Source: a virus
IMG/VR virus record: IMGVR_UViG_3300045988_034549
Location: 1-19,307 of that record
DNA: 19,307 nt
Strand: one strand, 5' to 3'
In this document: positions 17,922 to 19,307 of the stretch, one piece after another
How positions within the stretch are numbered: the first letter of the stretch is position 1
How the letters are laid out: each line of letters opens with the position of its first letter
Program-made: the position numbers and the translations under genes
The notes under the pieces: model-generated
Database searches by the model: none
Told to the model about the DNA's origin: nothing
Seen by the model: only the letters and a program-made list of their open reading frames with translations

Positions 17922-19307
17922 TAGATTGTAATATTTTTAACAGTATCTTCTGTTAGTGTTAAATTCTCTGTATATTTAACTGTTCCTGTAGGTCCATCAG
18001 TCACTTCAAATTTAAACTGAACACCTTTTTGAGCATATATTCTATAATTTCCATTATCCTGCATATAAGCCACATTCAAGAAGTTATCGTTTTCTGTAAG
18101 TATCTGATTTACCCCAGTTGGTATAGTGCCACTTGGAGTTTCTAATTTGCCTGTAATAAGAACAGCTTTATTTGGGTCTGGAGTTTGAGTAAACATACAT
18201 TTAGGACCATCTACGCCTCCTTGTTTATAAAGACTAAAGTAGAAACTTCTTTGGTCATATTTAGTATTCTCATTATAAGTAACTGTTAATTCTGTTTCTC
18301 CAGGTTGCCCAGATTCAGGTGTAATGCTTACAATTTCATTTGGACTATATCATCCTAATTCTCAAGGAATATTAGAAGTAACTGTAATCTTTTTAGTCCC
18401 AGCTTTATAATCTACAACTGGATCTGAATCATCAAATGATATATATTCACCTAGATTTTGAATTCCAGCTAAATAACTATTAATATCTTGAACTTTAATA
18501 AATTCACATCTAACTGTAGAATCTGAATTAATATCATAAGCATCAATCTTATTAAGTACCCAGTAAGAATCTTCAAAATAATAGAACTGTCTAAGTAAAT
18601 CATACTTAACATCTAAATCATCCAATCTTACAAAGCAGGTAACTTTTTTAGTATTTACATCAAATTGATCATTATAAAATTCACTCCAGAATCTACTATA
18701 AATAGTACTTCCGATATTATAAGTTATATCATCAATATAAATCTCTTGTGGTAATCCAAAATCTCAAGAAGCAGTAACATTAGAGGACGAAACGGTATAC
18801 CTTGTAAATTGAGGTAATACAGTTCTCTTTATAGCAATTTTATTCCCCCTAATATCTTTCTCACTTTTAGTAGATATATAACACATTTCCTGATCATTTA
18901 ATATGTTCATTTCTGTAAGATCATCTGTAATTCAATATGTTACTTCATTTCCTTTTACATCAGTTAAAGGAACATTACCGTTAAAGAATACTAGGGATTG
19001 AGAGATATCCTCTAAAGATTCCTCATTACCATCAATTGAGAAAAATACATTTTTGGCAAATATATCATTACCTGCGATTTTATATCATTCTGTGGTTTTA
19101 GAGGGATCTATAAAATTAGCTCCGTATAACTCTTGATCTATAGTCTTAAGTTCAGTAGTGCTATTATTAAATAATGTATAGGTAATATTATCATTCATAA
19201 ATGCAGGAACTACAAGGGAAGAAGAATTGTAAAAATTTCTAAAATATTTATTTCTCCATCTTGCAGAAACTATATTTTCATATATATTATCACTATACAG
19301 TTCAGTT
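17921..19307 (-). CDS. large virion (tail-associated?) protein, 5' end outside the window (at least 461 aa, 5 in-frame TGA)
   Basis: Track ORFs 18362..18625 and 17921..18196 share one frame. That frame is open from the window edge (19306) to TAA 17921..17923. Its only interruptions are TGA at 19085, 18932, 18764, 18362 and 18350. The C-terminal part looks like beta-sandwich/Ig-like modules (ITPESGQPGETELTVTYNENTKYDQRSFYFSL). The stop overlaps the tape-measure ATG (TAATG). Confidence 0.75.

Noticed and set aside
17047-17931. + strand ORFs 17047..17301, 17440..17700 and 17743..17931.
   Set aside because: They are antisense shadows inside the tape-measure gene, which has a clear TMP-like translation on the minus strand.
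2241-19307. Interpreting the fragmented minus-strand ORFs as pseudogenes in a decaying prophage.
   Set aside because: Every interruption is TGA. None is TAA, TAG or a frameshift. The TGAs fall at conserved Trp positions, the open frame persists for hundreds of codons across the gaps, and all true ends are TAA.
2241-19307. TGA read as selenocysteine, as Gly (code 25), or as low-level programmed read-through.
   Set aside because: 24 sites in 11 genes is far too many for Sec, and I saw no consistent downstream hairpin. The positions match Trp in family motifs (GF-x-W-RY, W-x-H, WG-x-DN-x-YP) and one matches a TGG-Trp in the paralog at 8724..8726. Gly would not fit these aromatic positions. The identity remains formally unproven without alignments or proteomics.

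Overview
This is an AT-rich tailed-phage segment with two convergent modules. The + strand (1..2202) carries an SF2 helicase and three tiny ORFs. It ends at a bidirectional hairpin terminator (2208..2240). The rest (2241..19307) is one long minus-strand late block. Reading 5'->3' on the minus strand it encodes: a large virion protein (5' end outside the window), a 922-aa tape-measure-like protein, an XkdF-like prohead protease, a scaffold, an HK97-type major capsid protein, a 174-aa structural protein, an 870-aa modular tail fiber, two DUF285/BspA-like putative receptor-binding paralogs with a coiled-coil fiber and a small ORF between them, a 130-aa ORF, the portal, two connector-position proteins, a lysis cassette (membrane-anchored protein, 2-TM holin-like peptide, M15 peptidase) and a GIY-YIG homing endonuclease.

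The main finding is that the supplied standard-code ORF track fragments this block. I found 24 in-frame TGA codons, and never a TAA, TAG or frameshift, interrupting 11 genes. Reading TGA as a sense codon fuses 19 track fragments plus several stretches with no track ORF into full-length proteins. The TGAs fall at positions where Trp is expected: family motifs, and one position that is TGG-Trp in an in-window paralog. Every gene in the block terminates with TAA. This fits TGA->Trp (code-4-like) recoding. The helicase and the capsid/scaffold block contain no TGA. I saw no suppressor tRNA, CRISPR array, rRNA or integrase in the window. All coordinates and translations were derived by hand from the sequence. 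Family assignments rest on motif recognition, not on a database search.
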